The position numbers were made by a program, and so were the translations under genes. 64,000 nt of DNA from Zootoca vivipara (taxonomy: Eukaryota): the NCBI RefSeq assembly GCF_963506605.1, contig NC_083281.1, positions 24,800,001-24,864,000 of the forward strand, in the 5' to 3' direction. Positions 37,096-47,915 of this stretch are shown here, one piece after another (the first letter of the stretch is position 1; each line of letters begins with the position of its first letter). The notes beneath the pieces were generated by a model. The model was given only the letters and a program-made list of their open reading frames with translations. It made no database searches and was not told the DNA's origin.

Positions 37096-38223
37096 CTTTC
37101 TCAAGTAGCCCTTTCGGGGCTTTCCATATCCTTCCATGACTGTGGTACCAAAGATGAAACTTCCCTTCTCCAGACTTCCGGTCTGGCGCCATCAGAAATC
37201 GGTGAGGGAAACCTCGGGCTCCGAGGTTCCCTGCGTCTCGGGGGGGGGGGGGAGCCGCTTGGGCGAAGCGGCCCCCCGGAGAACCCCTGGATTGGGCTTT
37301 CCAGGAACGTGGATACCCAGCAGAGCTCCTTAGAGTCCTGCCCGCTGCAGGTAACCCCCTTTTGGGGGGCGACGAGAGCAGACGGAGCAAGACGGAGCCT
37401 TGGGACAATTCGCTCACTCTGAGGCGCAAAGCTCCGTGCCGGTCTCAATTGAGCACCAGGTGCCTCCAAAAATCGATTTGGACTTGTAAGTAAATTTATT
37501 TAATCAATTTGGAAAAAGAATTTGGACCTGGAAGGGGAATCTAAAAGAAAACAGAGGTCGTTTCCCCCCCTACCGAGATACCAAGATGCAATTACCGAGC
37601 CTGCAGCCATCATGCTGAAATGTGACTCTGAATTTCTTTAAAAAACCAAATTGGACCCCTTCCCTGTGGCAGCGGAGCCAAGGGAAGGCGATTTATTTTA
37701 GTTGTGTGGATCTCCGCAAAAAATTGGAACTTTACATTAACGAGCTCTCCGGTAACAGGTGACGGGAAACTGGAGGCTCCAATCAGCCAACATTAGGACT
37801 CGTCTCTGGCACAACAGCCTATACGCCATATTGTAACTTTAGAAGACAAAGGATACAGACAGTCAAAACAACACCACGAGATGTGTGAGAAAGGGATACA
37901 AAGTGTATGGGAAAAAGTTCAAGAAGTGTTGACAGGAGTAAAAGAATACAAAAGACTTACAAAGTTATGGATTGAAACTCAGCACCAACTTCTCCCCACA
38001 GACAATTTTGAGACACAGGTTGAGCATATAGATGCTATAAACATCAAAGTTGTAAAGGAGGAAGAGCAAGAGGAGCTACAGATTCCGACCGAAGTGCAAG
38101 CGGTGAGAGAGGTTGCACAGGACATGCGTTACAACAAAGGAGCTCCAATGTGTGAGGAACCCAGGAATCGTTTTTCCCAGTGAGAGAGGGAAAACAGGTT
38201 CTTGGGGAAAATGACCAAGCTGT

Positions 38224-38842
38224 TATGGGAATGTTAGGGATGTGGATTAGGATATATTATTAGATAGATCCTATCCAAGCTTGTGTTAGCAAGCTTCCAA
38301 TATCAGCAGAGTGACATTCCCCTTTTGTGCGCAGCAAAGCATGTGCGTTAGATTCGCTAGAATCTCTATAACAATATTACACTTTATAGTTCAATATTAC
38401 ACTTCCTGGCAAAGGTCCCCTTTGTCCCTCTTAAAAGAAATAGACAACACAGTGTTTATAAAATAAGATAGAGTTTACTTACAGTTTCATCCTGAGTTAC
38501 AGCATAATCTCAGAAAGGCAGGCTTGCTTAGAAAAGTTACAAGTATATATATATCTAGAGACTACTTAGTAAAGTAAGACTCCATTTGGTCTCACTCTTG
38601 GCTGCAGGCCTAGAGTGAGAACCATGCTAACTAGAGATTCTCTGGAGATGTGTCCTCATCGAAGGAGGAAGTAGCTAAGAGAGCGAGTGATTGCAGGCTA
38701 GGGCTTTTGTCCCACCTAATCTCTTCAGCATATCTGGAGGAACAGGAACTGACCTGTAGTCAGGTGTCCCTCCAGGTGAGTTCCTGTTAGTGGACACTCT
38801 AGGAACTGTTGTGACTTGTCTGCCCCAGTGTTCCATCCCACA
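38224..38842 (-). repeat. Copia 3' LTR
   Basis: Direct repeat of 43196..43814; on the minus strand begins TGTGGGA and ends TCCCATA. Confidence 0.93.
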
Positions 38843-38904
38843 AACCCCTTCTCAGGCAATTCACAACATTCATTACATACAAAACAAAACATAAGCAACT
38901 TTAT

Positions 38905-41900
38905 TCAACCACCCAAGAGTCCCAGCTTGACACGCAGGTTCTGGAAACTCTGTCTTGGCAGGGGTTTTGTTAGGATGTCTGCTGTCATCTCCGATGTGCA
39001 GCAGTACGACAGTTCGACAAGTCCATCTTGTATCATCTGGCGAACGTAGTGGTACCTGACCCCAATGTGCTTTGAGCGTGCTAGGAACTTCTCATTCTGT
39101 GCCAGCTTTAGACAGCTTTGGTTGTCCTCCAGCAGGCTTATAGGTTCCTTTCTCTCCACGCCAAAGTCTGTTAGGAGTTGGTCCAGCCAGGAAATCTCTC
39201 TGCACGCTTCTGTAGCCGCAACATATTCCGATTCTGTAGACGATAAAGCTATACATTTCTGTTTATAACTGCCCCATGTGATAGCTCCGCCCCCATACAT
39301 AAAGACATGCCCGCTTGTGGATTTATAATCAGAATTATCACCCGCCCAGTCAGCATCAGTGTACCCAATGAGCTTAGGGTCACTGACAGCTGGTAACTTT
39401 AATTTACAATCCATTGTACCCTTAAGATATCGAACCACCCTCTTCACACCAACCCAATCATGCTCAGTGGGACTACTCACTTTCCTGCTGAGAATCCCTA
39501 CTGCATTGGCTAAATCAGGTCTGCACGTGGTAACTAAATACAAAAGTTTACCAATTGCTGAACGATACTCGGTGTTGTTTGGCAGCAGCTTCGAATCCTC
39601 TTGGTTCTTTAAGAAGTCTGTAGCCATCGGGGTGTCGACGGGTTTTGCATCCTGCAATTGCATACTCTCCAACAGTTCAATTATCTTTTGCTTCTGATTA
39701 AGTAGAAATGAACCATCCTGTTCTCTTTCCACTTGAATCCCAAGGTAATACTCAACTGGTCCTAATTCCTTCACTTGCACTTCCTTGTTGAGGTGCTGGA
39801 CTACATTTTTATAATCCCTGTCATTTGACGTTGCGATTAAAAGGTCGTCAACGAAGGCAAGAATATAAGAAAATTGTCCATTACTCTGCTTAGTGTACAA
39901 ACACTTGTCAGCTTCACCTTGCTTGTACCCAAGTTTCACCAGCATTCCATGCAATTTCAAGTTCCAGGCTCTGGCTGCTTGTTTTAAACCATACAGTCCC
40001 TTTTGAAGCTTGCAAACCAAATGTGCCTCATTTGGCTTTATAAAACCTTTAGGCTGCTTCATGTAAATTTCTTCAGAAATTTCCCCATGCAAAAACGCAG
40101 TAGCTATATCGATGTGTTTCACCTCCATCCCTTTTGATGCTGCGATGCTTAAAAGTAATCTTACGCTACTGTATCTCACTGTCGGTGCAAAGACTTGGTC
40201 ATAGTCGTGGCCATATTGCTGCGAAAAACCTTGTGCCACTAGTCTTGCTTTGTAACGTTGCACCTCCCCTTCTGAACCCCTTTTAACCTTGAACACCCAT
40301 TTGCTCCCAATTGCTTTCTTACCAGCAGGTAATTCTGTGAGTGTCCAGGTCTTGTTCTTGTGCAGTGCGTCAATCTCCTCCTGCGCGGCTTTCCTCCAGA
40401 GACTGGCTTCGGTGGCTGGCATCTGCTCTACCTCTTCCCAAGTGGAAGGTTCTGGTGGAGACGCCGACCCTGCAAAGTAGGACAGTCGTAGTGGCGGAAC
40501 GCCCTTGTTGGTTCTGGATGAGCATCTGACCTCTGGTTGTGCAACCGCATCAGCATCCTCATCCTCCTCCAACGCTGGCATGTCCACGTACAGCTCCTCC
40601 TCTTCGTCTCTGGTGCCGCCAGGGGTCTGGACCTCTGCGTCTTCTGGGGTGTCGCCTGTAGGGGGTGTTGTGACACTAGAAGGTATATTAGTTCCTTGTG
40701 CTAAAGGAAAACTTATAAACTCTTCATCTGGTGACTCTCTAGAACAGTCAATAACAGTGTTCTTTGTATCAAACTTTTCTAGTTCATCAAAATGAACCAC
40801 ATGGTATGGGTCTGCTCTGCCACTCTTTGGATCTAGAACTCTATATCCCTTTCCTCCAGGAGCATATCCAACCAGGATACCTGCTTTTGCTCTGGAGTCA
40901 AGCTTGTGTCTGCGCTCTTTGGGCACGTGGTAATAACAGACACTTCCAAACACACGTATGTGCTGCAGACTTGGGACTCTCCCGTGCCAAAGTTCAAATG
41001 GTGTGCGTTCTGCACCCTTTGTAGGCAATCTGTTTTGCAGATAAATCGCCGTATTCGCCGCTTCAGCCCATAGCTTCTGTGACAAGTTGGCCTCTTTTAA
41101 CATGCACCTTGTCATCTCCATAATAGACCTAAACTTTCTCTCAGCAATGGAGTTCTGTTGAGGCGTGTAAGCAACTGTAGTTACATGTGCTATGCCTTCT
41201 TGTGCCATGATGGCCTTCATCTGCCGTGAGCAGAACTCTCCACCATTATCCGAAATTAAGGTGGAAGGAGCTCTCTGGAATTTGTTCTTCACCATGTTTA
41301 AGTACAGTTTGAACAATTCCGGTGTCTGACTCTTTTCCTCTAGAAAATATCCAACACAATATCTTGAGAAGTCATCTATAAATATCAGAATGTACTTATT
41401 GTTTCCTAGGGAAGGTACATTCAGCGGACCACATAGGTCAGTATGAACAGTGTCCATGACTTTTGTGCTTCTCTTCTCTGTACAACGTGGGAAGGAAGGC
41501 TTGACTGCCTTTTCAGTTATGCAAGTTGTACAGTTTGGCATTGGTGTACTGCAATTCTTTACCTGTAGACCTTTTACCAGATTTTCCTTCTGCATTTTCA
41601 GGATAACGTTGGTATCCCTGTGTCCAAGCCTTTTGTGCCAGAGTTCCAGATCTGGTTGATCCTTTCTGCTGGGTTGTGCAACCCTTGCAGACTCATTCTC
41701 TGAAATATCAATCTCATACACATCATTGATTAGTTTGGCTTGAATAAACACTTCACCATCTTTTATCACATTGCATTGTCCATTTTTAAATATAATTTCA
41801 AAACCTTTCTTGTCCAAACTAGACACACTTATTAAATTACAGTTCAGCTTTGGTGCATACTTAACATTACTCACTGTAGTATCAAAAGACTCATTGTTCA

Positions 41901-42894
41901 CTTTGAAATTCAAGTTCAAAGATCCTGCACCTATTGACTTTATAACATTTCCATCAGCAATTTCAATCTCAGACTGTTTATTATTGTCTATTTCATTGAA
42001 ATATTCCCTTTTATAACAGAAATGGCTGCTTGCTGCACTGTCTAGAAGCCACTTATTGCGCTTTCCTTCACAGCTCTGGAAAGCTACATTTCTTTCTTGC
42101 AATATCAAGGCACGCCCACGACCCCCCTTCTTTTCGCCTTTTGGTGGAAAGGGGCGGGATTTATTCCTAGGTGCCCGGCATTCCTTTGCCATGTGCCCTT
42201 TTAAATTGCAGTTAAAGCAAATTATTTCCTTTGGCGTTTGTCTGGACCTTTGAAAATGCTTGGAAGCATAATTAGTGTCCTTTCTCCCTGTATTCCTTTC
42301 TGAAGAATCAAGGTAATCTCTGCATTCCTCTCTCAAATGATCAATCAGTTCTTCAAAAGTCAGGTCTTTTTCATGATCCATGCAACTCTTGAATGAACTG
42401 AAGCTTGGTCCTAGAGATGCTATCAAAAATGAAACCTTTGTTTCTTCATCAAGGGCTTTAGTAGCAAGATCAATCCTCTGAACAATTTCACTAAATTTGC
42501 TGATATGGTCAGTGAATTCTTCTCTTGAATTCATCCTCAGCGCAGTTAATTTGCTCATCAAATTCCTGTAGGAGTTCTTAGTAGATGCTCCATACCTGCG
42601 CTCAATATCTTTTAAGATTTTAGCTGCATCATCTTTGCTATTAACTGATGTTAGATGCCTGTTGCGAAGTCCACTCAAAATTATGTATCTGGCCTCGCTG
42701 TTCATGCGTTTCCAATTTGCTATCTTGGCTAAATCCTCTGCTGTTGTGCCAGTAGGCATAGGTTTTTCAATGGCATCCAAAACATTCCTTGCATCTAAAA
42801 ATGCTATCAGGCGTTGTTTCCAAAATACATAATTGTCATCATCTAGAGCCATGAATCCTGGCTTAACTCCACTATCAAAATCTGCAAAAGCCAT
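38905..42894 (-). CDS. Copia Gag-Pol polyprotein (Gag, zinc knuckle, protease, integrase, RT, RNase H)
   Basis: 1329 aa with CFNCNLKGHMAKEC, WLLDSAASSH, LWHKRLGH, HTDLCGP/SDNGGEF/QNSIAER, YKARLVAQGF, LYGLKQA, FVDDLL, DADWAG, ADILTK. Integrase precedes RT, the copia order. Confidence 0.95.
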   Translation of the reverse strand: MAFADFDSGVKPGFMALDDDNYVFWKQRLIAFLDARNVLDAIEKPMPTGTTAEDLAKIANWKRMNSEARYIILSGLRNRHLTSVNSKDDAAKILKDIERRYGASTKNSYRNLMSKLTALRMNSREEFTDHISKFSEIVQRIDLATKALDEETKVSFLIASLGPSFSSFKSCMDHEKDLTFEELIDHLREECRDYLDSSERNTGRKDTNYASKHFQRSRQTPKEIICFNCNLKGHMAKECRAPRNKSRPFPPKGEKKGGRGRALILQERNVAFQSCEGKRNKWLLDSAASSHFCYKREYFNEIDNNKQSEIEIADGNVIKSIGAGSLNLNFKVNNESFDTTVSNVKYAPKLNCNLISVSSLDKKGFEIIFKNGQCNVIKDGEVFIQAKLINDVYEIDISENESARVAQPSRKDQPDLELWHKRLGHRDTNVILKMQKENLVKGLQVKNCSTPMPNCTTCITEKAVKPSFPRCTEKRSTKVMDTVHTDLCGPLNVPSLGNNKYILIFIDDFSRYCVGYFLEEKSQTPELFKLYLNMVKNKFQRAPSTLISDNGGEFCSRQMKAIMAQEGIAHVTTVAYTPQQNSIAERKFRSIMEMTRCMLKEANLSQKLWAEAANTAIYLQNRLPTKGAERTPFELWHGRVPSLQHIRVFGSVCYYHVPKERRHKLDSRAKAGILVGYAPGGKGYRVLDPKSGRADPYHVVHFDELEKFDTKNTVIDCSRESPDEEFISFPLAQGTNIPSSVTTPPTGDTPEDAEVQTPGGTRDEEEELYVDMPALEEDEDADAVAQPEVRCSSRTNKGVPPLRLSYFAGSASPPEPSTWEEVEQMPATEASLWRKAAQEEIDALHKNKTWTLTELPAGKKAIGSKWVFKVKRGSEGEVQRYKARLVAQGFSQQYGHDYDQVFAPTVRYSSVRLLLSIAASKGMEVKHIDIATAFLHGEISEEIYMKQPKGFIKPNEAHLVCKLQKGLYGLKQAARAWNLKLHGMLVKLGYKQGEADKCLYTKQSNGQFSYILAFVDDLLIATSNDRDYKNVVQHLNKEVQVKELGPVEYYLGIQVEREQDGSFLLNQKQKIIELLESMQLQDAKPVDTPMATDFLKNQEDSKLLPNNTEYRSAIGKLLYLVTTCRPDLANAVGILSRKVSSPTEHDWVGVKRVVRYLKGTMDCKLKLPAVSDPKLIGYTDADWAGDNSDYKSTSGHVFMYGGGAITWGSYKQKCIALSSTESEYVAATEACREISWLDQLLTDFGVERKEPISLLEDNQSCLKLAQNEKFLARSKHIGVRYHYVRQMIQDGLVELSYCCTSEMTADILTKPLPRQSFQNLRVKLGLLGG

Positions 42895-43195
42895 CTTGGA
42901 ATCTCAAAATTCTAAAAATTTCTCAAAATTCAAAAATTTGCCAAAAATTCCAAAATCAAAATCTCTAAAAAATATCTCAAAATGCAAAATAATCTTCACT
43001 GCCTCTGAGTTCTCAGTGCTGTAAACTCTGAGGGAGGGGAAGGGTAGCTAATCCCCTAGGCACACTGGAGAACAATAGACCATGTGCTTACCAGGAAGTT
43101 CTAACTGAAAAAATCCTACTCAGTTCAAAATCACAATCCAAAGCAATCCTTCAAAAATACACAAAAATACGCAGTCCTGGGCCGTAATAACCCTT

Positions 43196-43814
43196 TATGG
43201 GAATGTTAGGGATGTGGATTAGGATATATTATTAGATAGATCCTATCCAAGCTTGTGTTAGCAAGCTTCCAATATCAGCAGAGTGACATTCCCCTTTTGT
43301 GCGCAGCAAAGCATGTGCGTTAGATTCGCTAGAATCTCTATAACAATATTACACTTTATAGTTCAATATTACACTTCCTGGCAAAGGTCCCCTTTGTCCC
43401 TCTTAAAAGAAATAGACAACACAGTGTTTATAAAATAAGATAGAGTTTACTTACAGTTTCATCCTGAGTTACAGCATAATCTCAGAAAGGCAGGCTTGCT
43501 TAGAAAAGTTACAAGTATATATATATCTAGAGACTACTTAGTAAAGTAAGACTCCATTTGGTCTCACTCTTGGCTGCAGGCCTAGAGTGAGAACCATGCT
43601 AACTAGAGATTCTCTGGAGATGTGTCCTCATCGAAGGAGGAAGTAGCTAAGAGAGCGAGTGATTGCAGGCTAGGGCTTTTGTCCCACCTAATCTCTTCAG
43701 CATATCTGGAGGAACAGGAACTGACCTGTAGTCAGGTGTCCCTCCAGGTGAGTTCCTGTTAGTGGACACTCTAGGAACTGTTGTGACTTGTCTGCCCCAG
43801 TGTTCCATCCCACA
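43196..43814 (-). repeat. Copia 5' LTR
   Basis: Direct repeat of 38224..38842, followed on the minus strand by AAGGGTTATTACGGCCCAG (PBS-like). Confidence 0.93.
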
Positions 43815-45493
43815 GCTGTGACATTCAACAAAGATGTGGCCTGGATTTGAACCTCCTTAGTGAGAGAAGGGAGGCAAGAACCAGGCGAAGGACATGCTAA
43901 ATGGGGGGACAAATAGGAATTGGAGTGGGGTTGTCAGAAGGGTTGCTGGAGAGAGGGGGGTGGGCTGGTGTGGTCGAGAGATGGAGTGGGTTGATTAATA
44001 AGGCATTGTATTTATGGGATGGATTAAATGGTCTGAAATTGGACTGTATAAAGGAACTGGTCGGGATATCCAGTGGAACACCAACCGGGAGAAGGAGGGG
44101 GGATTCGGACATTAAATTGGGTTAGAAGTGAGGTATTAGAATTGTTAGACTGGAAAAGGTAGGATATTTTTAAAGAAAATCAAAAGGCTAAAGGGATTAA
44201 TTAGAGGGAATAAATTGTGTATAAATTTGGAGTAAAGGATTTTATCTAAGTATCATTTTAATATTTAAATTGTTAGTTTTGGAATTGTATAATCAGGAAA
44301 ATTGCTAAGATGGGATATAATTAGACCCGGGAAGGGGGGAGCGGGGAAGTCGAAGTTATGACAAAGTTATTAAAATGAGAATGTATTCCCCCCTTTTTTT
44401 CTGGAGTTTTTTTCCAGCTTTTCTGCTTTTTGTTTTTCTTTTTTCTATATAGTATTATGATATGATGTGAGGTGATGATGTGATGATTTGTAATCTTAAA
44501 TTGAAAAATCTTAATAAATATAATTTAAAAAAAAACTTCCCTTCTCCATGCACTTTAGTCCAGCTGCAAAATCGCCTCCCCATATCAATTAAAACAAACA
44601 AAACCCCACTGATAACACCCCACACTTAATGTATCATGCAGTTAGGTCCTCAGAATGTCTTTAATTCTAAAAAAGGGTTTTAGGCTCTTTTTTCCTTTAG
44701 CTGTATTTCATTCATTCATTCATTCATTCATTACATTTAAAAATCTCTCAGGACAAGATAATGTTGCTGGTAATGGGTTGTCTTCAACTAACATTTACTC
44801 AGAGTAGACCTATTAAAATTAATGGATCTTAGGCATGGTTATTAATTTCATTGAGTCAACCCTGAGTAAAAGTTAGTTGACAGGAACCTAATGTGGATCT
44901 TTTCCCCAGTACTGCCCTTTAAGAATATTTCTGGGCTCCTTCTGCATCACTTATTTCGACCCTTTGACTCCTTTTTTCACCTCCCCCTTGATGACATTTC
45001 TAGAAATATTCTTCATTTTATTGGTGACTTTTGTGAAAGTGGCAGGACAAGACTCACCAGAATATACTAGGGATATCCACAGTGCATTGGCATATTTATT
45101 TATGAAGTGTTTTATCCAATGTTTTAGCCAAAAAAATGGAATCTTTAGTGGAGTGTAAATGCTTCCTTTAGACACATCTCTAGAAGAATGAAAAATCTGA
45201 GTTCAAAAAAGATCCACATCTCACGCAAGCATATTTTCATGGTTGTGTGGGAATGCATGCACATATAGATTTCTGAGAGATTGACAACAGGCACAATTCT
45301 TCACTTTATTGAAACCCTACCAACTGCTGCTCAAACAACCCACTGGTCTCAGAGACATGCCCTAAGTAAATTGATTTCCCCACATAAACCACAGATTGTA
45401 AAGATGTCCATAAAAGTGTGTGGAAAGCTATCATCTAACTATTAGAGTTTTCTTCTCTTTCTCAGATAAACTGAACCACGAGGAATCATTGTC

Positions 45494-46726
45494 ATGGATC
45501 CTGCCGTAACAATAGAAACCTTAAAAAAAGACCTTGCTGAAGTGAAGGCTGCTTTGGATCAAAAGAAATTCGAAGCTGTTTCGGCTGAAGCTCAACATCA
45601 GTCAAATTTATTAAATAACATCACATTGGCAATTGCCATCACAGGAAGATCAGGTGCCGGGAAATCATCTTTTGTCAATGCCCTTCGAGGAATGGAAGAT
45701 GATGCAGAGGGTGCAGCTGAAACGGGGGTGACAGAAACAACAATGGTGCCACAAGAATATTCACACCCCACATTCCCCAAAGTCAAATTTTGGGATCTAC
45801 CAGGATTTGGAAAAGATAACTTTAGTGCAAAGGAATACCTAAAGAAGGTCAATTTCAGCAAGTATGATTTTTTCATCATCATCGCCTCAGGGCGCTTCAC
45901 TGAGGATGACACCAAATTGGCTCTTGAGATCTGTAAAAATAAGAAGAAATTCTACTATGTGCGCAGCAAAGTGGATATTGATATAGATAATGACAGGCGG
46001 TCAAAACGCATCGATGTGAAGGACACCCATGAGATGATCCAGTCTGAGAAGAAGACTCTTGACATTATACAGAAAGAAAGCTATGATAATTTGAAGGCAT
46101 TGGGTGAGTCTTCTCCAAGGGTCTTTCTAATATCGAGGTGGGATTTGAGCAAGTATGATTTCCCCCTACTTCAAGAGACCATCGAAAAGGAACAGGATGA
46201 ACTCAAGAGAGATGTTTTAATCATGTGTCTTCCGATTTTTACAAAAGATAGCATTAAAAAGAAGAAGGCTGCTATGGAGAGCCTGATATGGAAAAAAGCC
46301 ATGGTGAGTTGTACTGTTGGGTTGATTCCTGTCCCGTTCCTATCATTTGGTTGTGACATTGCCATTGTGGTTTCGACAATGAGGGATATCTGCAAAGTTT
46401 TTGGCTTGGATGAAGATTCCCTCAATATACTAGCAAACCGAGTGGGGAAACCTGTTGAGGAGTTGAAATCTGTTATTGAACATACCCCAAGCACCGGTAA
46501 GATCACGACAGAATTCGCCATGGATCTCTTGAAGAGGTCAGCACTGTGGGGAGCAATCACAGTGGTAGAGGTGGCTCTGAATTTCATACCTCTGTTGGGG
46601 TCTCTCTTTGGTGGGGGCAGTTCTTTTGCTACCACGTTCTACATGCTGAATAATTTCCTGGAAAACGCTGTGAAAGATGCAGAGAAAGTTCTGGCAAAGG
46701 CTGCTGGGCCCAAGAGACGCAAGTAA
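45494..46726 (+). CDS. Immunity-related GTPase (IRG family), paralog 4, close duplicate of paralog 1
   Basis: 410 aa ORF colinear with 3353..4585, with GRSGAGKS, WDLPG, RSKVD, SRW. Acceptor ends at 45465. Confidence 0.93.
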   Translation: MDPAVTIETLKKDLAEVKAALDQKKFEAVSAEAQHQSNLLNNITLAIAITGRSGAGKSSFVNALRGMEDDAEGAAETGVTETTMVPQEYSHPTFPKVKFWDLPGFGKDNFSAKEYLKKVNFSKYDFFIIIASGRFTEDDTKLALEICKNKKKFYYVRSKVDIDIDNDRRSKRIDVKDTHEMIQSEKKTLDIIQKESYDNLKALGESSPRVFLISRWDLSKYDFPLLQETIEKEQDELKRDVLIMCLPIFTKDSIKKKKAAMESLIWKKAMVSCTVGLIPVPFLSFGCDIAIVVSTMRDICKVFGLDEDSLNILANRVGKPVEELKSVIEHTPSTGKITTEFAMDLLKRSALWGAITVVEVALNFIPLLGSLFGGGSSFATTFYMLNNFLENAVKDAEKVLAKAAGPKRRK

Positions 46727-47732
46727 ACAGCCAATACATCTACCTGGGAAGAGACATCCAGGTGAAACCTGCATCATCTTATCTTTCTACCACATCATCA
46801 ACCAATTGCTTTCTTCACAAGTTCAACTTCCGGTCTTGGAACATGGCATCCTAGCATGCTCCCTCTCTTCCTCTTCAGCTCAGCACTTGTGGGGGTGCCA
46901 TATTTCAAAATGTGAAATATGTCTTCCGATTTTTCCAATGGCCTCTACTTCCAATGGATGAATCCTGGTTGTATGGCAGCCCTATTGTAACAGCGCTTAA
47001 TCAGTAGCCTGCCTGGGCAATTTTTGTCCAGTTAAGAGGTTCCTTATCTCCTACCTGTCGGTGATGGATGTCATCCAAGGCAAAAAAAAAAGATGGCAAA
47101 GATCAATCTGCAGCCTCCTGTACTTCTCCCCCTCCGACATACAGCAAATTTGCAGCAGCAAAACATAAAGGATAGAGAAAAGAAGAGAAGAGAAATGGCT
47201 TCAGAGAGTTCTATTGCTGATACGTTTTAAGTAATTTGTGATGCAGAATTATTGTCTGAAGGATAATTTAACAAAGATGGATCTTAAAATTACAGCCCTG
47301 GATCAAAAAGTTACTGATCTTAATGAGGAGATATCAAAATCTGAAGCAGTTCAAATTAAACAAGATATAACACAGATATCTTCTAGGGTGGGTTCCTGCG
47401 AGACATGCTTATCCATTCAAAAATATACTACTGTATATAGTTTTGTAGCCTTTAGCATTTTTATGGTTATTTTGTTATTCCTGCTTATAAAAATGTTACA
47501 ATGTATTCTCTTCTTCCTTTGATTGCTATTCTTTCCTTTTCCCTTATTTACTCTAATAATCTCAATAAAATAATAAATATTAACATTTTAAGAAATTGTG
47601 GTTTATTCCTGAATCCTCCCTACTGCAATTATTTCCCCAACTGTTCTAATTTTTGTTTTAAAAAATCATTTAATCCAGGCATGGGAAAGCTATAGGCAAC
47701 AGTCCAAATTTAGGGGTCCTAACCTGAACCAC

Positions 47733-47915
47733 GGGATGTGGGTGGCGCTGTGGTCTAAACCACAGAGCTTAGAGCTTGCCGATCGGAAGGTCGGCGGTTC
47801 AAATCCCTGTGATGGGGTGAGCTCCCGTTGCTTGGTCCCAGCTCCTGCCAACCTTGGGGTTTGAAAGCACATAAAAGTGCAAGTAGATAAATAGGTACCG
47901 CTCTGGCGGGAACGT
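47733..47915 (+). mobile_element. Sauria SINE 5' half at a duplication breakpoint
   Basis: gtgggtggcgctgtggtctaaaccacagag...aagtagataaataggtaccgc, 3' half missing. Confidence 0.75.

Larger units (their letters stand above)
38224..43814 (-). mobile_element. Full-length Ty1/copia LTR retrotransposon, very young
   Basis: Two 619-bp LTRs with no difference seen by eye, 5-bp TSD GCTGT (38219-38223 and 43815-43819), PPT GAGAAGGGG next to the 3' LTR, PBS resembling the tRNA-iMet anticodon half, single intact polyprotein. Confidence 0.95.
37173..44532 (+). mobile_element. Non-autonomous L1-like poly(A) retroposon of about 1.76 kb, split by the copia insertion
   Basis: CpG-rich 5' end GACTTCCGG, AATAAA plus A-tail at the 3' end, 16-bp TSD AAACTTCCCTTCTCCA (37157-37172 and 44533-44548). 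Empty site present in the paralog 1 intron near 2620-2635. Confidence 0.75.

Noticed and set aside
38221-38842. Canonical TG...CA reading of the copia LTR
   Set aside because: It gives no TSD and disagrees with the 5' LTR end; the TG...TA boundary gives equal-length LTRs and a perfect 5-bp TSD.
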